Assembly: GCA_030605095.1 (NCBI GenBank)
Contig: JAUWBJ010000002.1
Span: 2,355 to 66,354 of the forward strand
Direction: 5' to 3'
Source: Candidatus Omnitrophota bacterium
GTDB taxonomy: Bacteria; Omnitrophota; Gorgyraeia; JABMRN01; RBG-13-46-9
Length of the DNA stretch: 64,000 bases
In this document: positions 8,363 to 18,183 of the stretch, in pieces
Position numbering within the stretch: the stretch's first letter is position 1
How the letters are laid out: each line of letters opens with the position of its first letter
Program-made: the position numbers and the translations under genes
The notes under the pieces: generated by a model
Told to the model about the DNA's origin: nothing
Databases searched by the model: none
What the model saw: only the letters and a program-made list of their open reading frames with translations

Positions 8363-10336
8363 ATGAGAACTCAAAAAAATATAGTTTCTAGTTTTAAAAA
8401 AATAAGGAAGGTTAATTTCGGGGCCAGATTCTATAAAGTGGACTTGCATTTTCATACACCGGCATCCGAAGACGCAAGAGGAAAAAACCGCTATAATTTC
8501 AATCCCTACAAAGCTAAGTATCCTACCCATGATTGCGATTTCGAAAAACATTGCGACAAGGTTAAAAAGATTCAGGAAAAAATATTGGCTAATGCAAGAG
8601 AAGTTGCCGCGAAGATAGTCAAGAGATTTGTCGAAGAGAAACTTTCCTTAGTTGCCATAACTGACCATAACGCCATAGGGACATTGTGGCTCGATGCAGG
8701 TTCCAAAGCCGGCATAATGGATTTAAAGGCGCCTACATGGTACGAAATAATTGATGACGAGGCCGAGAAGATAAATGCACAAACAGGCAAAAAGGTTGTA
8801 ACCATACTGCCGGGCGTGGAGATAAGCTGCACAGGGATTCATATTCTGGCGGTTTTTCCGCCACATGAACCTCGGCGGGCGATTCATTTTGTAATATGCG
8901 ACCTTTTGGAAGAAATGGGTTTTGCCATTAAGGAGTGGGGGAAAAATCCTAAGGTCGGTAAAAGAAGCGTAATAGATGCCGTGGATTTAATCCAGCGAAA
9001 AGGCGGAATCGCCATAATCGCACACATAGACGGAAGCGATCAGGCCTTATTGAAACTTTACAAACTTAACAGCGGTGCGATGAAAAACGTGTTTTGTAAC
9101 CAGAAGTTATCGGCCGTTGAGATCGTGAATCCCTCAAAGTTTAGCAGGCAGAATAAAAAGCTCAAAATGACAATAAAGAACTGGATTAAATCGTTAAGGG
9201 TCAAGAGGGAAATTGCCCCAATTGCATATCTTCAGGGTTCGGATGCGCACGATTTAAAATCGATAGGCAAAAGGTTTACTTTTTTAAAGATGACGGTCCC
9301 CTCTTTTACCGGGTTAAAAATCGCGGTGTGGATTCCTGCCTCAAGGGCCAGAATATCTGAACTTCACAAGAGAGTGACAAAAGGTCTCTACATATACGGC
9401 GTGGAGATAAAAAATAAATATTTCGGCAGGCGTTTCATAAGGTTTAACCGTCACCTCAACTGCGTTGCCGGAGAGAAGGAGTCGGGCAAATCGTCCATTT
9501 TCCAATTGATGCAGAAGGCCGTAAGGCCCGATTCCACAAAAATCAAAGGGGACGTTAAACTGTTCGTTGAAAAGGTAATTGATTCAAGACCGCATCATTA
9601 CGCTTTTTGCAATGATAATAAGAGCGATTTTGTAGATTTATATTCAATAAACAAGGATAAAGGAACGGTAGCCAGAATCAATGCGAGCCGGATGAAGGAA
9701 TTGATGATAGAACCCAAATTTTATCATTCGGGTAAAATCGAGAAATTGATTTCCTCCAAGAATGATTTAAACGCATTTTTAATAAAACATTTCGGAAAGC
9801 CCACAAGACGGAATGTCGCTAATTTTAACAGGATGTTTTCTATTCCGAATTTTCTTGAAACAAAAGAAGAACGGCTTCTTTATGCGGAAGGAGATAACGG
9901 CAGATACAAGCTGCACGTAAATATTAACTGGCATACCGGAAAAGCGAAGATGATGGATTTTTTCAAGTTGCGTAATAGTTTGAGAAGAATTGCCATAATT
10001 TCTATGATAGTTATAAGCGGTAGTTTCGGGCCGTTAATAATTGACGCGCCTGAAAGTAATTTTGATAACGAGGATATTGCACATTTTCTCGTTCCTATCA
10101 TCAAGAAGTATAAAGATTTACGGCAAATTATATTATTTACGGGCAATCCAATTTTAGTCGTAAATTCGGACCCGGAAAATTACGTTTTATTAAGCACAAA
10201 AGGTAAAAAATTTGCCGGTATTAACTCGGGTTTTTCCATTGATGAGAAGGATCAGAAGGAGCACCTTATTAACCTGATGGAAGGCGGGTTAAAGTCGTTT
10301 AAAAAGAGGGCAATTAGATATGGAACTAAGAAATGA
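8363..10336 (+). CDS. PHP phosphoesterase fused to a shortened ABC/SMC-like ATPase (TrlF/Ppl-like)
   Basis: PHP motifs DLHFHT, ITDHN, AHID, SDAH; P-loop GEKESGKS; LIIDAPE...RQIILFTGN. Confidence 0.8.
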   Translation: MRTQKNIVSSFKKIRKVNFGARFYKVDLHFHTPASEDARGKNRYNFNPYKAKYPTHDCDFEKHCDKVKKIQEKILANAREVAAKIVKRFVEEKLSLVAITDHNAIGTLWLDAGSKAGIMDLKAPTWYEIIDDEAEKINAQTGKKVVTILPGVEISCTGIHILAVFPPHEPRRAIHFVICDLLEEMGFAIKEWGKNPKVGKRSVIDAVDLIQRKGGIAIIAHIDGSDQALLKLYKLNSGAMKNVFCNQKLSAVEIVNPSKFSRQNKKLKMTIKNWIKSLRVKREIAPIAYLQGSDAHDLKSIGKRFTFLKMTVPSFTGLKIAVWIPASRARISELHKRVTKGLYIYGVEIKNKYFGRRFIRFNRHLNCVAGEKESGKSSIFQLMQKAVRPDSTKIKGDVKLFVEKVIDSRPHHYAFCNDNKSDFVDLYSINKDKGTVARINASRMKELMIEPKFYHSGKIEKLISSKNDLNAFLIKHFGKPTRRNVANFNRMFSIPNFLETKEERLLYAEGDNGRYKLHVNINWHTGKAKMMDFFKLRNSLRRIAIISMIVISGSFGPLIIDAPESNFDNEDIAHFLVPIIKKYKDLRQIILFTGNPILVVNSDPENYVLLSTKGKKFAGINSGFSIDEKDQKEHLINLMEGGLKSFKKRAIRYGTKK

Positions 10337-10526
10337 GCTTCAGGACTCCGTAGAATGTGGCTTGGATTGGTTGATACGCCGTCAAAAGCTAGATGACAGG
10401 ACACTGTCTCCTGTGTGAATCGAAGACACTGTCCGGTGTGTTCGGACAATGTCTCTGTATATGTGTGATTGAGGTCTCTAAGAAGAAAAGGTATTTAAAG
10501 AGTAAGGTAGATTAAGGAGGTGCATT

Positions 10527-10883
10527 ATGAAACAAAGGTTGATACAAATTGCGGAAGATTGCCCTGTTGACAGAGGAATAGTTCAAAAAATTCCTGTACA
10601 TGTCATTCAATACGAAGAATTGTCGAAGCACCCATATAAATACGATGAGAAGAATTTCCATGAACAAGTTAACTTAATTCGCAGAGGGAAAAAGCCAGGA
10701 GAATTGAAATTAAAAAAATATACCATTCGTCGAAATCCCCTTCCCAAAAAATATGGTTGGGGTATTCATGTAAATGAAGATGGAAAACTCGCACTTGTTG
10801 GATGTGAGACGAAAAAATACAAGGAATTAGAAAAAGATCCTAATGTCAAAAAAACAAGGGTAAGCAGAAACAAGAAAATTTGA
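10527..10883 (+). CDS. DUF6157-like protein
   Basis: IQIAEDCP...IQYE..., PLPKKYGWGIH...GKLALV; AAGGAGG SD. Confidence 0.7.
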   Translation: MKQRLIQIAEDCPVDRGIVQKIPVHVIQYEELSKHPYKYDEKNFHEQVNLIRRGKKPGELKLKKYTIRRNPLPKKYGWGIHVNEDGKLALVGCETKKYKELEKDPNVKKTRVSRNKKI

Positions 10884-10905
10884 GGCATAATATTATCAGT
10901 TAAAA

Positions 10906-11100
10906 TTGATGATAACGAAAAGGAAATATTTAATGGCATACGGTTACAATAATAGAGATTTTGAAGAAATGTCTTGGGGGTTCGCCATACTCAACTTTAT
11001 TGTAATTGCAGTTTTGATGGGCGGAATAATCACTATTCCGCTGGCATTGATTTGGATATTTTTTATTGCCCCGGCAATTCTTAAGAATTGGAAGAATTAA
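10906..11100 (+). CDS. Small membrane protein (start uncertain)
   Basis: Two hydrophobic helices; fills the intergenic space. Confidence 0.45.
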   Translation: MMITKRKYLMAYGYNNRDFEEMSWGFAILNFIVIAVLMGGIITIPLALIWIFFIAPAILKNWKN

Positions 11101-11217
11101 AACAAAAATGAGTCGAGTCTTAACTTTTAATTTGAACCCCACACCCCATTTTCTCTGCCTTCGCTGAATTGCTTTCGCGTTCAGCTTCGGCGGATCAGCC
11201 TCCGGCTGAAAAAATAA

Positions 11218-11240
11218 CCTGTCGGCAGGCAGGGATGTGT
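11218..11240. repeat. CCTG(T/C)CGGCAGGCAGGGATGTGT direct repeat, copy 1
   Basis: 22/23 identical to 12116-12138. Confidence 0.8.
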
Positions 11241-11253
11241 ATGATAAAAATAT

Positions 11254-12111
11254 ATGAATGCATTTGAATATATTCTTTCAAAACAAATTCTTTGGGCACA
11301 CAATAACAAAATAAAGCTTGTTGGTAGCAAAGGCAAACGAGGTCGACCAGCCTATACACCAAGACTGGAGAATAATTTATTCGAACCTTTAAAACCATCT
11401 GTGAGGAGAGACTTCGAAAGTGGCGATGGAGGGGAATTAACAGGAAATCCTTCAAAGATGAGTGCGCTCCATTCTTCATCAGCATTAGGAGTAAATATCT
11501 TCCAATATTGGTTAAAAACAGAACAAATTCCAAAGATTGCAGCCGCGTGTGGTTTCTGTAACAAAAATAACAACAGGTCCTGGAATATTAAGTTTGAACA
11601 GAAATACCCTATAAGTAAGAAATTCAGGTACAGTCCAAACATCGATGTTGTCATAGAGAATTCGTTGGAAACAAAGTTTAGAGTATTTGCAATCGAATGT
11701 AAATTCTCAGAAGCGTATTCTTCGCATAAGCACTCAGGGCTTAAACAAAAATATATCAAATTGGATGAAGCATGGGATAAAGTGTCACACCTACGCACTT
11801 TTGCAAAATCAATAAGTCCAGAAGATCGCAAGTTTAATTACCTCCACCCGGCGCAACTAGTTAAACATATCCTGGGATTGACGAAAAAGTTTGGCAAGAA
11901 TAAATTCCGTCTTCTTTATCTCTGGTACGATTGTTTGGGCCATGAGGGAGCAAGGCACAAGGATGAAATAGACGAATTCACAAAGATTACCAGGAGAGAC
12001 GGCATTCGTTTTCATGCTTTGAGCTACCAAGAGCTCATTATTAGATTGTCCTCTGAATACAGTAACAAGCATGAAAGTTATATTAAATACATATCTGAAC
12101 GTTATCTATAA
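11254..12111 (+). CDS. PD-(D/E)XK nuclease, PGN_0703-like putative restriction endonuclease
   Basis: SSSALGVN, FEQK, PNIDVV...AIECKFSE, QLVKH. Confidence 0.75.
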   Translation: MNAFEYILSKQILWAHNNKIKLVGSKGKRGRPAYTPRLENNLFEPLKPSVRRDFESGDGGELTGNPSKMSALHSSSALGVNIFQYWLKTEQIPKIAAACGFCNKNNNRSWNIKFEQKYPISKKFRYSPNIDVVIENSLETKFRVFAIECKFSEAYSSHKHSGLKQKYIKLDEAWDKVSHLRTFAKSISPEDRKFNYLHPAQLVKHILGLTKKFGKNKFRLLYLWYDCLGHEGARHKDEIDEFTKITRRDGIRFHALSYQELIIRLSSEYSNKHESYIKYISERYL

Positions 12112-12115
12112 AAGG

Positions 12116-12138
12116 CCTGCCGGCAGGCAGGGATGTGT
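12116..12138. repeat. CCTG(T/C)CGGCAGGCAGGGATGTGT direct repeat, copy 2
   Basis: Matches 11218-11240; related palindrome at 44214-44233. Confidence 0.8.
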
Positions 12139-12157
12139 TCATATTTAAAAGAAAACC

Positions 12158-12955
12158 ATGAAAATATCTAAACCATTAGTAGTGTTTGACCTTGAGACAA
12201 CAGGTACATGGATAGAGAAAGACAAAATAGTAGAAATCGGAATGATTAAGTGTCTCCCTGACGGTTCAAAGAAAGATTACGTAAAGCGCGTGAATCCCGG
12301 CATGCCGATTCCTTCGAGTGTCAGCAAGGTTACAGGAATCACAAACGAAGATGTCAAAAATGCCCCACCATTTAAAAGTATAGCTGCGGAAATATTATTT
12401 TTCATAGACAAATACGATCTGGCAGGCTTTGGCATAGAGCGTTTTGACCTACCTATCCTCGAAAGAGAAATGGTAGAGGCTGGCTTAAAATTTGAGCGCG
12501 GCGACAGAGTGGTTTATGACGCACAGAAAATATATCACATACACGAGAAAAGAACGCTAGTAGCTGCTTACCAGTTTTACTGCAATAAGGATCTTGTTAA
12601 GGCTCATTCGGCGATGGGCGATGTGGAGGCGACCATCGAAATACTTGATGATCAGGTTAGAAGATATGGTACGGAAAAGGAAGGAATAGAATCCCTAAAA
12701 GAACTTGACTATACCCGCTCCACGGAATATTTCGACAAAGAGAGGAAATTCCGTTGGTGGAACGGAGAGCTTTACCCGGTATTCGGAAAGTTTGCACGAA
12801 GACATAGCATAAAGGAGATCGCACAAAAAGAACCCTCATATCTAGAATGGATATTGAACCAGGATTTCACCAAAGATGTTAAGCTGATGGTAAAAGGAGC
12901 CCTCGAAGGCAAATTCCCCGAACCATCGGCAAAATCGGATATAGGAATAGGGTGA
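12158..12955 (+). CDS. DEDDh 3'-5' exonuclease (DnaQ-like)
   Basis: VFDLETTG, FD, HSAMGDV; C-terminal FGK...YLEWIL domain. Confidence 0.9.
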   Translation: MKISKPLVVFDLETTGTWIEKDKIVEIGMIKCLPDGSKKDYVKRVNPGMPIPSSVSKVTGITNEDVKNAPPFKSIAAEILFFIDKYDLAGFGIERFDLPILEREMVEAGLKFERGDRVVYDAQKIYHIHEKRTLVAAYQFYCNKDLVKAHSAMGDVEATIEILDDQVRRYGTEKEGIESLKELDYTRSTEYFDKERKFRWWNGELYPVFGKFARRHSIKEIAQKEPSYLEWILNQDFTKDVKLMVKGALEGKFPEPSAKSDIGIG

Positions 12956-13054
12956 ATAAAAATTGCAAACAATACAAAACCTACATGCTAGTTTTTCAAA
13001 CGTCTGCGATTTTGAAAACGGAAAATCGCAGACATTACAGAAACTTACCTAACT

Positions 13055-13585
13055 ATGAAGAATATTTTAACGAAATTGGCTGGTGGCGATCTTCGTTCTA
13101 TTGGAAATGTAAATAGTGTCGTGAGGGAGGTATTGAATAATCCTTCATTATTTAAGGATGTTTTCAATGGCTTATCTAATAATGATCCCGTTATAAAGAT
13201 GCGCTCTGCTGATGCTATTGAAAAGATTACCTCAAAGCACCCGGAATATCTTCATCCATTCAAGAAAAGATTAATTTGCCAAATAGCGAAGATTGAGCAA
13301 CAAGAGGTTCGTTGGCACCTAGCCCAAATTTTCCCTCGCCTTAGAATTACCCCCAAAGAAAAAGGTGAAGTAGTAAGAATTCTCTTTGATTACCTTGAAG
13401 ACAAAAGCAAAATTGTTAAAACATTCTCAATGCAGGCACTTTCTGACTTAGCTGAAAAAGATATTGTTTTGCGATCTAGAGTAATTAACTCGCTTAAAAA
13501 ATTAATTAAAACTGGCAGTCCGGCTATGAAAAGCAGAGGCAAAAAGTTACTGATTAAATTAAATAAAGTCAATGAAATGACATAA
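13055..13585 (+). CDS. HEAT/ARM-repeat-like hypothetical protein
   Basis: GGDLRSIG, MRSADAIEK, EVRWHLAQ, GSPAMKSRG. Confidence 0.7.
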   Translation: MKNILTKLAGGDLRSIGNVNSVVREVLNNPSLFKDVFNGLSNNDPVIKMRSADAIEKITSKHPEYLHPFKKRLICQIAKIEQQEVRWHLAQIFPRLRITPKEKGEVVRILFDYLEDKSKIVKTFSMQALSDLAEKDIVLRSRVINSLKKLIKTGSPAMKSRGKKLLIKLNKVNEMT

Positions 13586-13752
13586 CAAAGACCAGCCCGG
13601 GGGGGGTCATACCGGACAAAGCTCGAACCGCCTAAATGATTTTCTAACTTGGTTAGCTTTGCCGAGTTAGGATACACAAAAGGTATATTATATAACTTGT
13701 TTTTATTCGATAAGTAAGGTATATTTATATATACAGAAAAAGGAGGTAAATT

Positions 13753-14232
13753 ATGAAAAGAAAATTGATGCTTATCGCGCTTTTAGTCTCTGTGTTAACC
13801 CTTAGTGTTATGCCGCTTGAGGTTTATGCACTTGACCATGGTAAAACAAAAGGGCAAAAAGGGCACCAGTGGGATCTTGAAAAAAAGTTCTCCTTCAAGG
13901 CGCATTTAATACTCGCGAAGAAAGAAGAACTTGGCCTTTCGGACGCACAGGTGGCTAAAATCAAAGAATTGAAAATGAAGACCACAAAGGATTTAATCAG
14001 AAAAGATGCCGAAATCAAGATACTCGCCCTCGATATAAAAGCCGCGATGTGGGAAGATCCGATAAACACAAGCGCTGTAAACAAATTAATCGATAAAAAA
14101 TACGACCTTAAGAAGGAAAAAACCAAATCTTCGATAGGAGCTTATACTGCATTAAAGGGCATTTTGACAAAAGGGCAAAAAGAGAAGATGAAAGGGTTCC
14201 TGAAGAAGTGCAAAAAACAAAAGATGCAGTAA
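13753..14232 (+). CDS. Exported Spy/CpxP-like helical protein
   Basis: Signal peptide, ELGLSDAQ and ILTKGQKEK (LTxxQ-like). Confidence 0.7.
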   Translation: MKRKLMLIALLVSVLTLSVMPLEVYALDHGKTKGQKGHQWDLEKKFSFKAHLILAKKEELGLSDAQVAKIKELKMKTTKDLIRKDAEIKILALDIKAAMWEDPINTSAVNKLIDKKYDLKKEKTKSSIGAYTALKGILTKGQKEKMKGFLKKCKKQKMQ

Positions 14233-14241
14233 CGCCTCCGC

Positions 14242-15177
14242 ATGCATACGAATTGGCCTAAATTATTAAGGCGAAAATTTACGAATTCATTCCCGGCCTG
14301 GTACTTCGTCGAATACATACTTCTGCACACAACAATGGCATTGATTAATTTCTTCCCCATCAAGGTTTCTACCTGGATAACCAGAAGGATCGGGGAAATC
14401 ATGTTTTTGATATTGCCAGAGAGGAGAAGAGTCGCCCTCAATAATCTTACCATCGCGTTCGGTAATTCCAAATCAGATTCTGAAAAAACAAAAATTGCCT
14501 TAGAATCCTTCCGTAATTTAATGACTTCTTTTATGGAATTTTTCAGACTGCCCAAGTTTGTAAATTCATCGGCAAAACACATATTCTTTAAAGGGGCCGA
14601 GCATTTTGACGGCGCTTTTGCCAGAGGTAATGGGGTAATTGTTGCCCTGTCCCATCTGGGACCGTGGGAATACCTGGGGGTTTTTACATATCTAAAAAAA
14701 TACCCGTCTGCTATCATAGGCAAGGCCTTAAGAAATCCTTATATCTACAGGCGGATCAGAGCGTTGAGGGAAACAGTCAAGCTGGACCATATCGATAAAG
14801 ATGCAGGGTTAAAAGCGGTCTTTTCAAAGCTCAGGCAAAACTACGGGGTAGCTATTGCGATCGACCAGTGGGCAGGTAACGAGGGAATATGGATTGATTT
14901 TTTTGGCACACCAACCTCAACAACTTCCCTTCCGGCACGTCTTGCAAAAAAAACAGGTTGTGCCATTATCCCCATGTATTGTATTAGAATAGCCAGCGGT
15001 GAATATGAAATTCATCTAGAGCCTGAGATAACCTTCAAAGAAAACGAAAATAATTGGGTAGAAAACACAACGAAGAAACTTAACCTTCTCCTGGAACAGA
15101 AAATTCGCGCCTATCCCGGACAGTGGTCATGGACACACAAACGCTGGAAAAATAAAAGACATATAAAGAGAAGTTAG
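14242..15177 (+). CDS. Lipid A late acyltransferase (LpxL/HtrB family)
   Basis: SHLGPWE, AIDQ, FFG, PGQWSWTHKRWK. Confidence 0.88.
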   Translation: MHTNWPKLLRRKFTNSFPAWYFVEYILLHTTMALINFFPIKVSTWITRRIGEIMFLILPERRRVALNNLTIAFGNSKSDSEKTKIALESFRNLMTSFMEFFRLPKFVNSSAKHIFFKGAEHFDGAFARGNGVIVALSHLGPWEYLGVFTYLKKYPSAIIGKALRNPYIYRRIRALRETVKLDHIDKDAGLKAVFSKLRQNYGVAIAIDQWAGNEGIWIDFFGTPTSTTSLPARLAKKTGCAIIPMYCIRIASGEYEIHLEPEITFKENENNWVENTTKKLNLLLEQKIRAYPGQWSWTHKRWKNKRHIKRS

Positions 15178-15204
15178 CGGACTTGTGTTTAATTTAAAAA
15201 AGTT

Positions 15205-17130
15205 TTACTTTCGTAGCTGTTTCTCCGCGTCTATTATGTCGCGGTTTATCAAACGGAGGGCTTTTTTTACTTTGTCCTTAAGCTGGCTAGATGCGGGGGT
15301 ATCGAGAATTTCGCGAAGAATCTGAATCGCCATTCTGAAATAGCGTATCACTTCGCCTTCATCCGCGTCCGAGTAGCTTAAGGTTTTATCAAACGTCTCC
15401 CCTTCCATCCAGGCCCCAAGGGCGGGTGAAAGATGATAAAAATAGTTTTTGCTTAGAGGTATTATACCGAATCTTTTCTCCATTCTTTGAATATCTCCCA
15501 CCATGCCTTCTGTAATATTCTGCAAAGACCTTGTTTTCTTACTCAATCTCGGCCTGGCAGAACCCTTGCGGGGTTCGAAAACGAGCGCGAGGGAAAGCGC
15601 GCCTAGTTCCTTTTCCGAAAGATGCTCCAGCGTGCCTTTTTCGTAAAGTTCGGAAAGCGAAAGTTCGTATCCGTAGATTTTACTCGCGAAAACGCCTTTT
15701 CCCGTAAGACGCTCTTTTCCTATATAACCGAGTTCCTTTAAGATTTTTACCTTTGAACGCAAAAGTTCAAGCGCTCTATTCTGTAACTTTTTCTTCTCCC
15801 GGAAACAATGAAAAGAGTAAGGGTATATGTCATAGAGCTTCTCGCTGTATTTGTCGTAAAGGTTGAGTACGGTTGCGTAAGAAGCGTTGAATCTTGAGCG
15901 CACTTTTTCAGGTTCGCCGTATATTATCCGTTTTAATTCATGATACGGAATAAAACGGGGGTTGACCCGGGAATAGACAAAACCTTCAACATCTATTCCG
16001 CGGCGTCCGGCCCTTCCTGCCATCTGGTAAAAATCCCGCGTCTTGAGGTTCGCGTGAAAACGGCCGTAAAACTTTCTTAGCTCGTCAAACACGACCGTGC
16101 GCGCCGGCATGTTTATGCCGAGAGCAAAGGTCTCCGTCGTAAATATAACCTTCATGAGCCGGCTTGTAAAAAGCCGCTCGACTACCTCCTTTAAAGTAGG
16201 AAGCATCCCGGCGTGGTGATAGGCAATCCCTCTTTCGATAAGCGGTTCTAACTTTGCGGCTGATTTCTCGCCGGCAAGGTCGAACCTTTCGCAAAGCTCG
16301 TGAAAAAGTGCGCGTATCTTTATCTTCTCCTCAGCGTTCAGAAAATCGAACTGGCGCATCTCCTCCGCCAGGTATTCGCAACGGCGCCTCCCAAAAGAAA
16401 AGTATATGCAGGGAAGGCGGTTATTTTTAAAGAGATGATCTACTAACGCGGTTGGTTTATTCGGCTTCAGGTGTTCTTTACCAGGAAATCTCCTGCCGCG
16501 GTAATAATAGAATTTTTTTATACCGGCCTCTAATCGCCTCACCTTATCAAGATTATCGAGAATCTCCCCCTGGCACTGGTAAAAGAAATGAAGCGGAACA
16601 GGCCTCTTATCTTCCTTTACTATCTTAAGCGGTTTATTGTGAATCGAGTGTATCCAATTCGAAAATTCATCTATATTCGGTATGGTGGCCGATAAAGCGA
16701 GTATCTTCATATGCTTCGGCAAAAAGATAAGGGACTCTTCCCATACGGTTCCGCGCTCGTAATCGTCGAGATAATGTATTTCATCAAATATTATCCATGA
16801 ATATTCCTCAAGGCTTCCGGTTTCCTCGAGAACCTTGTTTCTGAATATCTCGGTTGTCATTATAAGAATGGGCGCGTGAGGGTTTATACTAACGTCGCCT
16901 GTCAGTATTCCTATTTTATCGGGGAAACCTTTCTGAAATTCGCGGAATTTCTGGTTTGAGAGGGCTTTTATGGGAGCGGTGTAAACGGCTCTTTTGTTTT
17001 TCTCGAGGCAGTCGTTTATAACGTATTCGGCGATAACGGTTTTTCCCGCTCCCGTAGGCGCGGCAACTATAACCGAATGGCCTTCTTTAACATAGCCGAT
17101 TGCTTTTTCCTGGAATGGGTCATAAATCAT
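15205..17130 (-). CDS. Ski2/HelY-like DEAD/DEAH RNA helicase
   Basis: APTGAGKT, PIKALSNQK, DEIH, QMAGRAGRRG. Confidence 0.92.
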   Translation of the reverse strand: MIYDPFQEKAIGYVKEGHSVIVAAPTGAGKTVIAEYVINDCLEKNKRAVYTAPIKALSNQKFREFQKGFPDKIGILTGDVSINPHAPILIMTTEIFRNKVLEETGSLEEYSWIIFDEIHYLDDYERGTVWEESLIFLPKHMKILALSATIPNIDEFSNWIHSIHNKPLKIVKEDKRPVPLHFFYQCQGEILDNLDKVRRLEAGIKKFYYYRGRRFPGKEHLKPNKPTALVDHLFKNNRLPCIYFSFGRRRCEYLAEEMRQFDFLNAEEKIKIRALFHELCERFDLAGEKSAAKLEPLIERGIAYHHAGMLPTLKEVVERLFTSRLMKVIFTTETFALGINMPARTVVFDELRKFYGRFHANLKTRDFYQMAGRAGRRGIDVEGFVYSRVNPRFIPYHELKRIIYGEPEKVRSRFNASYATVLNLYDKYSEKLYDIYPYSFHCFREKKKLQNRALELLRSKVKILKELGYIGKERLTGKGVFASKIYGYELSLSELYEKGTLEHLSEKELGALSLALVFEPRKGSARPRLSKKTRSLQNITEGMVGDIQRMEKRFGIIPLSKNYFYHLSPALGAWMEGETFDKTLSYSDADEGEVIRYFRMAIQILREILDTPASSQLKDKVKKALRLINRDIIDAEKQLRK

Positions 17131-18182
17131 GTAGATTTATTCACATATAGCGTCTGGGTGGGATAGGCGAATTCAATGCCACGTTTTTCAAATTCTTCCT
17201 TTACGGCAAAATTAATCTCTTGCTGAATATCCATATATTTATTGTAATCCCTGCTCATAACGTAGTAAACAACTTCAATAACGAGGTTGAAATCGCCGTA
17301 TGAAGAGAAATGCGCGCGGTCAAAAGTCGTATCCTTAACGTTTTTTATCACTTTCTCGATTACGCCTGGTATCTCTTTTAACTTTTTAAGGGGCGTCTGG
17401 TATGTAACGCCAAGCCTGAAAACAACTCTCCTTTTTCCCATCCTTTTATAGTTGCGCACCCTGGATGAGGTAAGGTCTTTGTTGGAAAAAACAACCTGCT
17501 CTCCGCCGAGTGAGCGTATGCGCGTGGTCTTAATTCCGATATGCTCGATGGTTCCTAAATAGTCCCCTATTATGATAAAATCTCCGATTTCAAACGGCTT
17601 GTCAAAAAGAATCGCGAAATAACTGAATAAATCGCCCAGAATCGCCTGGGCCGCTAAAGCTATTGCCACGCCTCCTATACCCAGCCCTGCGATAACGGCT
17701 GATATTTTGAATCCCAGATTGTCCAGGAAAAACGTAATCGCCAGACCCCATACAACTACCTTTACGACTTTTAAAATTCCGGTCAGACTGCGCTCTAAAG
17801 TTTTATCTTTTCCTCTTTTTGCCGAATAAATATCAAACCCGTAATCCGTAAGGGCTATGGCTAAACGCGCTATAAACATCACCAGAATAGCCATCATTAC
17901 AGTGTTGATGCCTTTTAAGAGCAGCGGATTTAAAGTCAGGGTATTTACGCTTATATATAAAACGCCGAAATACGCTAAAGGAAGGGCTATATTTTGAACA
18001 ATTCCAATCAGAAAGTCATCCAGGGTGGTAACGGTTTTCTCCGCCCATTTTTTTAAGCGTTTTAGAAGAAAATGGCGGAATATTTTAATACCGACATAAC
18101 CTGCAAAAAACAGAAGAACGCATATCAAATAATCCGCGATACGGTTTCCGAGAAAAACATTTTCCATAATATCCTGAAACAT
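17127..18182 (-). CDS. Small-conductance mechanosensitive channel (MscS family)
   Basis: GLGIGGVAIALAAQ, KPFEIGDFI, GIEFAYPTQ. Confidence 0.92.
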   Translation of the reverse strand: MFQDIMENVFLGNRIADYLICVLLFFAGYVGIKIFRHFLLKRLKKWAEKTVTTLDDFLIGIVQNIALPLAYFGVLYISVNTLTLNPLLLKGINTVMMAILVMFIARLAIALTDYGFDIYSAKRGKDKTLERSLTGILKVVKVVVWGLAITFFLDNLGFKISAVIAGLGIGGVAIALAAQAILGDLFSYFAILFDKPFEIGDFIIIGDYLGTIEHIGIKTTRIRSLGGEQVVFSNKDLTSSRVRNYKRMGKRRVVFRLGVTYQTPLKKLKEIPGVIEKVIKNVKDTTFDRAHFSSYGDFNLVIEVVYYVMSRDYNKYMDIQQEINFAVKEEFEKRGIEFAYPTQTLYVNKST

Positions 18183-18183
18183 T

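Noticed and set aside
10393-10456. GACACTGTC-like short repeats as a CRISPR remnant
   Set aside because: Too short and irregular, no spacers of constant length, no cas genes; no CRISPR array found anywhere in the window
13002-13033. Hairpin GTCTGCGATTTT...AAAATCGCAGAC (and CTAAC...GTTAG near 13643-13670) as integron attC sites
   Set aside because: No complete RYYYAAC/GTTRRRY pair at attC length and no integron integrase in the window
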